DNA of 64,000 nucleotides from Bdellovibrionales bacterium. Lineage in GTDB: Bacteria; Bdellovibrionota; Bdellovibrionia; Bdellovibrionales; Bdellovibrionaceae. A program made the translations under genes and the position numbers. Under the pieces are notes generated by a model, which worked only from the letters and a program-made list of their open reading frames with translations, searched no databases and was not told the DNA's origin. The stretch spans positions 128,001 through 192,000 of the forward strand of contig JANMPT010000028.1 in assembly GCA_031370005.1 (NCBI GenBank), given 5' to 3'. Position 1 is the stretch's first letter. The number at the start of each line of letters is the position of its first letter. Below are positions 19,796 to 28,819 of this stretch, piece after piece.

Positions 19796-20668
19796 CTAAA
19801 AGTTTGCAAGCATGCTCAAACTATAAGTTGTTTCTTCAGCTCGAAAAAATGTCGAAGCGATGCTTCTGCCAGCCGGCCTTTCCGCACCCTTTCTTATCGA
19901 AATGGAGTTCGTAATATCTGGAATTAACATCACCTTACCAAGGCTAATGTACATTCCGGTGCTGATATCAAGACTTTCATCTAAAAGCGTAAGACTGGAG
20001 GATCTGAAATCCTCCGTAGTGCCAACGCTTTGATAGATAGAAAATATATCAGAAAAATTATAAGAAAAGCTTCCCGCATGTATCCATGTACTGTGCGAAA
20101 AAACCTCGCTCCCATCAGGTCCAACTGCGGTGGGCAAGAATGACTGACGAGGATCCAAGTAATAAGTGAAGCTCCATTTTGGATCTATTGTCCAATTGAT
20201 AAATGCAGAGGCTCTGAGCTTTCCATTACTCCTATCTTGAATCGCTTTCTCCGTTGTTGGCAGGTAATACCAAATCACGGGAGCTACCTCGTCAGAGCCC
20301 CAGAATCCAGGAAGCCTTTGTGAATAGGTTAGAGTGGTAGTCGCCATATCAAACTTACTTCCCTTATCGACGTCGTTTAGATATGTAAAATACTGCCGCA
20401 TCCCAATTTTTGAATCTGAGCTGATCTTGTATGTCATACCGATGGCATTTACTGTATTAAGAGCCGCCCTAGAGTTTCGATCTCTAAGGTCATCGGCAGC
20501 AACCTGAAGAGCTGAAATAGCAAGAAAACCATAAGAAGATTTTTTACTTAGATCCCTCGTGTCCGCCCCTGAATTCTGAACGGTTGAAGAGGAGGACTGC
20601 GTAGAAACCTGTTGTGCAAACACTTGCGTAGACAAAAGAAGTCCAACTACAACGCCTATGGTTCTCAT
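19796..20668 (-). CDS. Hypothetical secreted protein, probable outer-membrane beta-barrel
   Basis: Signal peptide, alternating aromatic/hydrophobic strands, C-terminal YSLSMLANF. Confidence 0.6.
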   Translation of the reverse strand: MRTIGVVVGLLLSTQVFAQQVSTQSSSSTVQNSGADTRDLSKKSSYGFLAISALQVAADDLRDRNSRAALNTVNAIGMTYKISSDSKIGMRQYFTYLNDVDKGSKFDMATTTLTYSQRLPGFWGSDEVAPVIWYYLPTTEKAIQDRSNGKLRASAFINWTIDPKWSFTYYLDPRQSFLPTAVGPDGSEVFSHSTWIHAGSFSYNFSDIFSIYQSVGTTEDFRSSSLTLLDESLDISTGMYISLGKVMLIPDITNSISIRKGAERPAGRSIASTFFRAEETTYSLSMLANF

Positions 20669-21015
20669 TTAATTACCTCACGTTTTAGTAGTTCATATTC
20701 TGTGTTAGGCAAAATCGAGCCTTCATTAAACTCTACGGTAGAAATCTGATTATTTATACCCACAATTCTTCCGATTCCCCCAAGCTTTCTGAGGCAAGAT
20801 ATTCGCTCTCTATCCTTGAAGTAATGGGTTACGCAGTCCTTATTTAGGGCAGTCACTTCACGACCAACCAAAGCCTTATCATTTTCATCAAACTTAACCT
20901 GTACTTGTGTGACACCGTCTTTAAAGTAAATCGGTCTGGACTCTGGCGAATGTGAAAGCGTAGTGCATGCTCCTAGAAAAAATGGCAGCGTTAAAACTAT
21001 TATAAAATAATTCAC
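20665..21015 (-). CDS. Hypothetical lipoprotein
   Basis: Lipobox LGAC; GTG start after GGAG; ATGA overlap with next gene. Confidence 0.7.
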   Translation of the reverse strand: MNYFIIVLTLPFFLGACTTLSHSPESRPIYFKDGVTQVQVKFDENDKALVGREVTALNKDCVTHYFKDRERISCLRKLGGIGRIVGINNQISTVEFNEGSILPNTEYELLKREVIK

Positions 21016-21108
21016 GACATATCTCCGAATTAATATTTGGATGAAGTAAGACCTTCATCAATTTTTTAGATTTGACTAAACAATTAAACTAGCCTGTGTG
21101 AATGAAAA

Positions 21109-21444
21109 CTATGTTATCGGAGGCCTGACTAGGCCATCTATGGTGGGGCTTTCGTAGATCAAATTCCTTCCGTCCAAAATAAGCAAACTTAAGGACAGAA
21201 TTATAAAAACTGTTTTTCGTGGTACATCTGAAGCGCAGTGGCAAGCATGTCCGAAATGACAAGTATGACTTTCTGGGTGACAGTCGCCCTCCTCATGCTG
21301 AGGCCCATGCATTAGATTATCTGCAGCTACTACCGAGGCAATACTGTTGGCATCACTACCAAAAATTGGTTCACAATAACTGCCAGAGAAGCAGAATAGC
21401 AAAAAGATAATAAGCGATAAAGATAAGCTGATGGAATTACGCAT
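21109..21444 (-). CDS. His/Cys-rich exported small protein ending in RPP (CzcI/DUF2946-like)
   Basis: MRNSISLSLSLIIFLLFCF...HGPQHEEGDCHPESHTCHFGHACHC...SPTIDGLVRPPIT; TTGACA-N17-AATATT upstream. Confidence 0.7.
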   Translation of the reverse strand: MRNSISLSLSLIIFLLFCFSGSYCEPIFGSDANSIASVVAADNLMHGPQHEEGDCHPESHTCHFGHACHCASDVPRKTVFIILSLSLLILDGRNLIYESPTIDGLVRPPIT

Positions 21445-21771
21445 GTCATCCCACAATAAACAGATTATTTGTCTATTACAATCAATATTCATCTGCGCAA
21501 TCATTTTGTCAAATATGCCCAAAGGCAAAGGATCGTCGCTGAGCCAAATGACATTTTGGGTCGACAATTCCGCAACTTAGTTAATTTTTAAAAGTAAGCG
21601 CTGTGCCCCCTTTTTTAGAAACAATTGTATGTAAATACTCTATCTATAGAGTGCGTTGCGGCAGCGTCGGATGTTTATGAGGCAGGAGTGAGCTCCCCGT
21701 ATCAAAAGTGAATCTGAATTGCAATCACATACCGTAGCGGATAAAGTCGCCGCAAATCGGAGGAAGTACTG

Positions 21772-23043
21772 GTGAGTAACTTTCAACAAAGGACATTTCA
21801 TTTTCACATGCTGATTATGGTTGTCGCTTTTGTCTCAACCATAATTACATATTTCTTTGGCGCCAATGCCTTTGCTGATTCGCAACCACTTACTCTTAAT
21901 GCTGCAATTGATATAGCGAAACTTCAGAGTCCTGATAGGGCTTTGCTTAATGCAAACCGCGAATCACTCCTTGCGCAAAACAGAAGATCCCTTGCCCCTG
22001 CTCCCCCAAGCTTTGATCTTGGTCTTGGGGATATTGCCGCACGCCCCAGCGAAGAAAACTCAAGCCTTAGAACGTACCAACTAAGCCAGAGTTTTGGCTT
22101 CCCAGGAAAAGCCACTTCAGAAGCAAAAAGCTTCGAGCTTGAAGCTGAAAGTGTCCGCTACGATCTCGAGGCAAAGGATCGAGAGATCACGCGCCTTGTA
22201 CAAACTGCTTTCTATAGATTTTATCTTGCTAAAATGAAACTTCAGCTGATTGAGCTTAAAAAGTTGTCGTTTACCAAAATTCTTACGATTGCCAAACGAA
22301 GAATGGTGAAAAACACAACGACTGAAGTCGAATATCTCTCAACCCAAGGGGCCCTACAAAGTACTGAAAACGAAAAGGCAGATCTTGGATTGGAAGAAAA
22401 AAATGCACGTGTAGAGTTTAATATTCTTTTGGGAAGAGCTCCTGGCGCAGAGCTTAATGTTGAGTCCCCTCAAATACCCTCTTCCCCGTTTAAGCCAGAT
22501 CGCTCGAGATTAAAAGCTGCCTTCACACAAGAAAGTCCACAACTAAAAGCCTCAGAGCTGCTGATTAAGGCTTCTGAGTCTCGTGTGATTCAAGCAAAAC
22601 GAAGCTTACTTCCAGATTTTAAGCTCATGGTCGGAACTAATAACTATGGAGGGTTTGCGGGTAACATAGAGCTATCATTTCCGCTTTGGTACATCTGGGA
22701 CGAGAATGAGAATATTAAAAGCGCCCGGCAAATAACTCTCTTACAGCAAGCCAAGGCAGAATCCCTTAGACGACAGCTGATGCAGACTTTTGAGGAAAGA
22801 ATCAACAAGCTGGAGGCTTTAAGTAAAAAGATCGCAAACTATAAATCAGAACTTATTCCAACTTCGAAGCGTGCATTTGAGGTGGCGCTTAAGAATTATA
22901 ATTATGGAAAGATCGATTTTTCGACTTTTACAACGTCGACGAATACCTATGTCAACTCTCAGCTAGAGTACCAAGTCTTGCTCTCAGACTTTCTTATTGG
23001 AAAAGCACAGTTGGATGAAATGACCGTCGGTACCTTGCCATGA
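21772..23043 (+). CDS. TolC-family outer membrane efflux protein
   Basis: GTG after GGAGG; LSQSFGFPGK, ELSFPLW, NYNYGKIDF. Confidence 0.85.
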   Translation: MSNFQQRTFHFHMLIMVVAFVSTIITYFFGANAFADSQPLTLNAAIDIAKLQSPDRALLNANRESLLAQNRRSLAPAPPSFDLGLGDIAARPSEENSSLRTYQLSQSFGFPGKATSEAKSFELEAESVRYDLEAKDREITRLVQTAFYRFYLAKMKLQLIELKKLSFTKILTIAKRRMVKNTTTEVEYLSTQGALQSTENEKADLGLEEKNARVEFNILLGRAPGAELNVESPQIPSSPFKPDRSRLKAAFTQESPQLKASELLIKASESRVIQAKRSLLPDFKLMVGTNNYGGFAGNIELSFPLWYIWDENENIKSARQITLLQQAKAESLRRQLMQTFEERINKLEALSKKIANYKSELIPTSKRAFEVALKNYNYGKIDFSTFTTSTNTYVNSQLEYQVLLSDFLIGKAQLDEMTVGTLP

Positions 23044-23513
23044 AGTCAACTTTGAAAAGTATTTTATTCCCACCAGCTCTCTTGCTTATCTTTACCGCTC
23101 TCGCTATCTGGTCATTTCGTGTGAGCCGCCATGAGCTTGAGCAAGAGCAAGTGGGAGATACGCCTATACAGATTCCGTCAAGAGTTAAAAAAACTGACAG
23201 CGGGGAAACCGTAATCACTCTTGATGAAAATACTCAGCGGCTTATTGGAATAGAAATTAAAAGACTTCAGCTCGTGGGCGGTGAAATCGTATTCCCAGCT
23301 TCAGCTATTTTACATCAAGCCGGACAGACATGGGTTTATGTCCAAGTTAAACCTAATGAATTCATTCGCCGAGAGGTCCATCTAACACGAACGAAAAGTC
23401 CACATCGACTCATCAACCGAGACCTCTCTGCTCAAACTCCTGTTGTTTCCTCTGGCGCTGAGATTCTTCTTTCTGAGGAGTTCAAATCACAGATTCAACC
23501 GGGTGGGGACTAA
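23040..23513 (+). CDS. Miniature periplasmic adaptor (MFP)-like protein
   Basis: TM anchor, ITLDENTQRLIGIE joined directly to FPASAILHQAGQTWVYV...PVVSSGAEILLSEE; lies between TolC and RND genes. Confidence 0.7.
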   Translation: MKSTLKSILFPPALLLIFTALAIWSFRVSRHELEQEQVGDTPIQIPSRVKKTDSGETVITLDENTQRLIGIEIKRLQLVGGEIVFPASAILHQAGQTWVYVQVKPNEFIRREVHLTRTKSPHRLINRDLSAQTPVVSSGAEILLSEEFKSQIQPGGD

Positions 23514-23515
23514 AA

Positions 23516-26500
23516 ATGCTAAGACGTCTCATTCATTTTTCTATTCTTCATCAAGGTGTAACAATAACGTTGGCTATTCTGTTAACACTCTATGGCCTCT
23601 ATGCTACATCTCGCTCAAAAGTAGACATTTTTCCGGAGTTTGCTCCACCTCAGATTGTCGTGTTTACAAATGCCCCAGGGCTTTCTCCTGAGGAGGTAGA
23701 ACAGCTCGTTACTCGTCCCATCGAGACCGCAATTAATGGAGCGCCTAATCTTAAAACTTTACGTTCGCAATCAATTCAGGGAATTTCCTTTGTAACCGCC
23801 ATTTTCAATGAGCAAACGCAAATCATGCTTGCAAGGCAAGTTGTAGGAGAACGCCTTGCTGAGGTGGCCAGCAAACTCCCGCGAGGAATAAAGGCCCCCA
23901 TCATGGAGCCACTAACGAGCGCCATGAGTCTTGTTCTGATGGCGGGAATCACTTCCCAAACGAGAACTCTAAAAGACCTGCGCTCCCTTGCCGACTGGAC
24001 GCTTTTGCCCAGACTACTTGCAGTACCAGGCGTGGCAAAGGTTGTTATTTACGGTGGAGAAGTTCGCGAATTTCAAATTGAACTTCTTCCAGATCTAATG
24101 AAAGCTTTTGGTATTAGCTTTGATGAGATATTAGCTGGTGCATCACAAGCCACCGGCATTCGCGGCTCAGGTTTTATCGAAACCAAAAACCAAAGAATTA
24201 TCTTGAGATCCGAAGGGCAATCTCTCACTGCTGAAAAACTTGAAAATATTGTGATCCGCAGAACACCAGGCCTGAGCGTTAGGATCAAGGACGTTGCAAG
24301 GGTGGTGGATGGCTTTGCACCAAAAATTGGTGACGCCCAAATCCTAGGTCAATCCGGAATAATTCTGGCCATTTCCAGCCAGTATGGAGCGAACACGCTC
24401 CAGGTTGCAGAGGCGGTCAAAAAAAAATTTAATGACCTTGGCCCTTTACTCCAGGCGGAACAAGTTTCATTAAAACCAGATCTTTTCCAGCCTGCGGAAT
24501 TCATTCAAAAAGGAATCAGTAATGTCAAATCGTCACTCCTCTTGGGTGCCATTCTTGTAGTAAGTGTCTTATTTATTTTTCTTTGGAACCTGCGAATTTC
24601 ATTTATTTCCGCGACTGCCATTCCGCTTTCCTTACTGATCGCCATAGTGTTATTGGATTACATTGGCATTTCACTCAACACCATGACCCTTGGTGGACTG
24701 GCAATCGCTCTTGGTGAGGTTGTGGATGATGCGATCATAGACGTTGAAAATATTTTCCGACGGCTAAAAGAAAATGCAAAATTAAACGTACCAAAACAAC
24801 GACTAAAAGTAATTTTGAACGCTTCAATTGAAGTTCGCTCAGCGGTTGTATTTGCGACTTTTGTTGTTATCGTGGTCTTTCTTCCCGTAATTAACTTAAG
24901 TGGCATCCAAGGGAAGCTCTTTGCTCCCCTTGGATACGCCTATATTTTCTCTATCCTCGCCTCACTACTTGTAGCACTCACACTAACTCCAGCATTATCC
25001 TCCTTATTACTTGGCGCAAAGACACTCCGTCACGAGGAACCTACGGCGGTGAGCTGGTTAAAAAAAGTCTATCAACTCCACTTAGAACGTATTCTTGCAA
25101 AACCAAAACACATGATAATAATAGCGGTTACTCTTGTGCTGGCGTCTTTGGCGACAATTCCTTTCTTTGGCGGAGCCTTTCTTCCAGATTTTCAAGAGGG
25201 TCGTCTAATTATTCACATGGCACTTCTTCCTGGAACTTCGCTTTCTGAGTCGCAACGCTTTGGAAAACTCATAACGAAAGAGTTGCTCAAACTAACTGAA
25301 ATTCATTCCATATCTCAAATCACGGGTACTGCTGAGGCTTCAGATGATACACTCGGCACCTTTGAGAGTGAATTTCAAGTAGAGCTAAAACCCGATCAGA
25401 TAGAAAACACTGAGGCTGTCCAAGGAAAAATTAGACAGGTGCTCGCTAAATTCCCCGGAGCCTCATTTGCAATGAATACTTTTCTGACCGAGCGAATTGA
25501 GGAAACAATTTCTGGCTCAACCGCTCCAGTTGTAGTTCATATTTTCGGTGATGACTTAAAGATACTCGATCAAAAGTCAAAGGAAGTGGCCCGTCTTCTT
25601 GCGCACATTTCAGGTGCGACAGATGTTCGAATGGAGGCTCGTCCGACAATTCCAGAGGTTCATATTTCTTTAAAACCAGAGCGTTTAACAAGCCTTGGAT
25701 TTGAGCCCGACCTTGTCTTAAATGCTATACAGACAGCATACCAGGGCTCACCTGTGTCTGAAGTTTACCAAGGAAATCGGGTGACCCAAATTGTAGCGCT
25801 ACTTGATGCACATGTGCGAGCAGACCCAGAACAAATTGCAAGCCTACCAATTCGGAATACTGAAGGACGTTGGGTTGAATTAGGCGAGCTTGCTGATATA
25901 CGTGAAGACTCTGGCCGCTATAGCATTTTACATGAGAATACGAGCCGAAGAGCACTCGTAAGCTGTAATGTCATTGGACGTGATGTAACCTCATTCACAA
26001 AAGAACTCGAAATACGCCTTTTAAGGGAAGTCACTCTCCCAAATAACATGTACACTATTGTTTCCGGTGCAGCTGTAGCAAGATCACAAGCAAGCCATGA
26101 AATTCTTGTCCAAGCACTCCTTGCAGGAGGAATTATCATCCTGCTTTTATGGATCGTGTTTCAAAGTGCACGAAACCTCATTCTTGTTCTCATAAATTTG
26201 CCCTTCGCTTTTGTGGGTGGCCTGCTCGCTGTATTTTGCACAGGGGGTTGGCTCTCACTTGGATCACTCATCGGCTTTGTGAGTCTTTTTGGAATTACAA
26301 CTCGAAATTCCATCATGCTTATTTCCCACTATAAACACCTTGTACAAAAGGAAAATGCATCTTGGGACATTCGCACTGCCATTCGTGGAGCTACTGAGCG
26401 ACTTTTGCCCATTCTCATGACGGCCACAGTTACAGGGTTGGGACTTCTACCCCTCGCAATCGGAAGCGGAGCCTCCGGAAGAGAAATCGAAGGGCCGATG

Positions 26501-26635
26501 GCCATTGTTATTTTGGGCGGACTCCTCAGCTCCACAATACTGAATCTTCTCATGCTTCCCGCCTTAGCCCTTAGATACGGCCAATTTGACAAGCCTAAGT
26601 CGAGGGTCTCAAGCGCTTGTACTCAAGCCAAGTGA
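23516..26635 (+). CDS. CusA/CzcA-family RND efflux permease
   Basis: VDIFPEFAPPQ; TM4 GGLAIALGEVVDDAIIDVEN; GREIEGPMAIVILGG. Confidence 0.92.
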   Translation: MLRRLIHFSILHQGVTITLAILLTLYGLYATSRSKVDIFPEFAPPQIVVFTNAPGLSPEEVEQLVTRPIETAINGAPNLKTLRSQSIQGISFVTAIFNEQTQIMLARQVVGERLAEVASKLPRGIKAPIMEPLTSAMSLVLMAGITSQTRTLKDLRSLADWTLLPRLLAVPGVAKVVIYGGEVREFQIELLPDLMKAFGISFDEILAGASQATGIRGSGFIETKNQRIILRSEGQSLTAEKLENIVIRRTPGLSVRIKDVARVVDGFAPKIGDAQILGQSGIILAISSQYGANTLQVAEAVKKKFNDLGPLLQAEQVSLKPDLFQPAEFIQKGISNVKSSLLLGAILVVSVLFIFLWNLRISFISATAIPLSLLIAIVLLDYIGISLNTMTLGGLAIALGEVVDDAIIDVENIFRRLKENAKLNVPKQRLKVILNASIEVRSAVVFATFVVIVVFLPVINLSGIQGKLFAPLGYAYIFSILASLLVALTLTPALSSLLLGAKTLRHEEPTAVSWLKKVYQLHLERILAKPKHMIIIAVTLVLASLATIPFFGGAFLPDFQEGRLIIHMALLPGTSLSESQRFGKLITKELLKLTEIHSISQITGTAEASDDTLGTFESEFQVELKPDQIENTEAVQGKIRQVLAKFPGASFAMNTFLTERIEETISGSTAPVVVHIFGDDLKILDQKSKEVARLLAHISGATDVRMEARPTIPEVHISLKPERLTSLGFEPDLVLNAIQTAYQGSPVSEVYQGNRVTQIVALLDAHVRADPEQIASLPIRNTEGRWVELGELADIREDSGRYSILHENTSRRALVSCNVIGRDVTSFTKELEIRLLREVTLPNNMYTIVSGAAVARSQASHEILVQALLAGGIIILLLWIVFQSARNLILVLINLPFAFVGGLLAVFCTGGWLSLGSLIGFVSLFGITTRNSIMLISHYKHLVQKENASWDIRTAIRGATERLLPILMTATVTGLGLLPLAIGSGASGREIEGPMAIVILGGLLSSTILNLLMLPALALRYGQFDKPKSRVSSACTQAK

Positions 26636-27083
26636 GAATAATCACAAAGACATCAAGGAATGAAAGTACCAAGAGCCAGACTGAATGGGTGAGAGTATAG
26701 CGATAAACTTGGTAGATCAGGAATAGTCCAAACGCCACTATTGCAATTGGATAAGCCCAAAATTTCTTTCGCCATAGGGCCCACACCACTCCGACCTTAA
26801 TCACTCCATGCCACAACAAAAAGGCCGCCGCAAAGATTTTAGTACTCACTGATAGATGCTGAGCAGAGCGCAGGATCAAGCCAGCAACCAAATCATGTGG
26901 GTCCTCTATCAACTCATGTTGAGTGAATGCACCTAACAGCCCGTGGATCTGGCCGGGACTAACAAAAAATAGCAGAGCGCCACCGATAATTTCGAAAACG
27001 CCATCAACCGCTTTGCTGATGACCCCAATAACAAAGAGGATATGGACTATCTTGTTTCTCTTACTTATTTCCATAATAGCCAT
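26595..27083 (-). CDS. DUF2127-like membrane protein
   Basis: KAVDGVFEIIGG, HELIEDPHD, WAYP, YQVYRY, LTWLEY. Confidence 0.8.
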   Translation of the reverse strand: MAIMEISKRNKIVHILFVIGVISKAVDGVFEIIGGALLFFVSPGQIHGLLGAFTQHELIEDPHDLVAGLILRSAQHLSVSTKIFAAAFLLWHGVIKVGVVWALWRKKFWAYPIAIVAFGLFLIYQVYRYTLTHSVWLLVLSFLDVFVIILTWLEYKRLRPST

Positions 27084-27294
27084 CTTAAGCTTTGCCTCCA
27101 CCAAGGATAACGTTTTATTTCTAATTTCCGGTAAGTAAATTGAAACTGTGTGATTTCAACAGTCTTTGTGCCTTAGCAAATTGTTATTATTTAATTTAAC
27201 AAACCGATGAAAGATTCAGACGGTTCAATTGACTTGGATTTGTAGAATTGATTTTCTTGTGTTCTCAAACTTTAACGTTCACTGGTGCAAATTT

Positions 27295-28797
27295 ATGAAA
27301 ACAATTTTTAACTCAATTCTAGCGATCCTACTTGTACTTACAGGAGCAGGCATTGCACAGGCACAAGGGAAACTAAGTAGTAACAATGATACGCCGGTCG
27401 AAAAAGGTGGTCCCTATGATCGGGTTTATTACCCGAAAAATGCACCAGCTGCAGGTGAGGGCGCTTTTTTTCCTCAAGAATGGCTATATGCTTACGGCAA
27501 TATAGAGCGTAATGCGCCAGCACCCCAAGTACTTGATAGCGCTCCTGCTTGGGTCAGGGATGGGGTTTCTTGGCAGTTCGCTGAGGCGCGCTCATGGCCC
27601 CTTGCAAATAAATCCTACGACAGTTATGCGATTGGCGAAGCCAGTAGTGATACAACCATGACCCAGTGGATGGGAAATACGCTGGGAGTGACTGCAGTTG
27701 ATGGCATTATCTACGCACAAAGCAGTGATCAATTTATTTATGCGGTGAATGCCCAAACTGGAAAGCTCATCTGGCGCACCAGTCCTGTTAGCACAACCTT
27801 CATGGGACAGCCGCTTGTTCAAGGAGATATTGTATATGTAAATGCTGGAACGGTTGGCTTTAACTTCTCTAATATTCAAGCCTTTGCAAAAGTTGGCAGC
27901 GCAATTCGCGGTGCCGGCGTGGAGTTCAACGGCATTTATGCGCTGAACCGCCGGACGGGAGAATTACTGTGGCATTTCGATACCAAGGGCGATGCTATGC
28001 CGACACCTGCAATCAATGATGGGCAACTCATTTTTTCTACAGGTGCCGGTGAAGTATTCGCACTTGATTCAAAATCGGGTAAACAGCTATGGGTGAACAA
28101 GGTCGGCGGAATGGGCAATATGTCCAGTCCGGCAGTTTACAATAATAAAATTTACGTCGGCATGTCATCTCCGGCTTTCCTGTTTTGTCTTGATGCTAAA
28201 ACTGGCAAGACACTCTGGAAAGGGCAAATTCCACAAGCAGTTAATACTGGCATAGGAGATGTCTCTCCGGCGGTATCCGATGGGATTGTAGTAACAGATG
28301 CCGTCTCTTCCTCAAAAACCATCAATGGCAAAGACACCGTGGATGTTACGATCGGGGCATTCAACAGTGAAACTGGAAAACTACTGTGGACCCATAAGAT
28401 GGGACGCGGATCCAAACCTCCTGCCTTTAAAGGCGGTGTTCCGATGATTCATGACGGAACGGTATATGTCGGCGCGCCCGTCAAAAGCCTCTACCAGGCG
28501 CTCGATCTAAAAACTGGCAAGCTTCTCTGGACCTGGATGGTCCCAGAACCAGGACCTGCGGGCGCTGCACGCGGCCCTGCCACCTTCTATGACGGAGTAT
28601 TATACATTGCTACTGTTGGCTCCGTTTATGCTGTAAATCCAAAAACTGGTGTCCTCCTTGGTCAAAAACATATTGGCGGGCGCTTCGGCCTCGTTAGCCC
28701 AACCATCGTCGGTGGTACAATCTATCTAGGTAACTCATGGGACTGGATAATCGCGCTCCCCGTATCAGAGGTGAATCCAAATTGGCATCACCTGTAG
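27295..28797 (+). CDS. tetH: Tetrathionate hydrolase (TetH/Tth)-like secreted beta-propeller protein
   Basis: 500 aa, signal peptide; GVSWQFAEARSWPLAN, FNGIYALNR, GGMGNMSS, NTGIGDVSPA, PAFKGGVPMIH, IVGGTIYLGNSWDWI match the recalled Acidithiobacillus TetH sequence end to end. Confidence 0.85.
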   Translation: MKTIFNSILAILLVLTGAGIAQAQGKLSSNNDTPVEKGGPYDRVYYPKNAPAAGEGAFFPQEWLYAYGNIERNAPAPQVLDSAPAWVRDGVSWQFAEARSWPLANKSYDSYAIGEASSDTTMTQWMGNTLGVTAVDGIIYAQSSDQFIYAVNAQTGKLIWRTSPVSTTFMGQPLVQGDIVYVNAGTVGFNFSNIQAFAKVGSAIRGAGVEFNGIYALNRRTGELLWHFDTKGDAMPTPAINDGQLIFSTGAGEVFALDSKSGKQLWVNKVGGMGNMSSPAVYNNKIYVGMSSPAFLFCLDAKTGKTLWKGQIPQAVNTGIGDVSPAVSDGIVVTDAVSSSKTINGKDTVDVTIGAFNSETGKLLWTHKMGRGSKPPAFKGGVPMIHDGTVYVGAPVKSLYQALDLKTGKLLWTWMVPEPGPAGAARGPATFYDGVLYIATVGSVYAVNPKTGVLLGQKHIGGRFGLVSPTIVGGTIYLGNSWDWIIALPVSEVNPNWHHL

Positions 28798-28819
28798 TAT
28801 AAGCGCCTCGGCGCTTATA
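28798..28819. terminator. Hairpin between convergent genes
   Basis: TATAAGCGC-CTCG-GCGCTTATA. Confidence 0.6.

Noticed and set aside
21650..21760. Known riboswitch (fluoride, NiCo, yybP-ykoY, guanidine-I)
   Set aside because: Conserved core nucleotides of these classes were not found by eye; kept only as an unassigned leader.
27295..28797. BamB or PQQ-dependent dehydrogenase
   Set aside because: No lipobox Cys and no vicinal Cys pair; the non-repeat motifs fit TetH.
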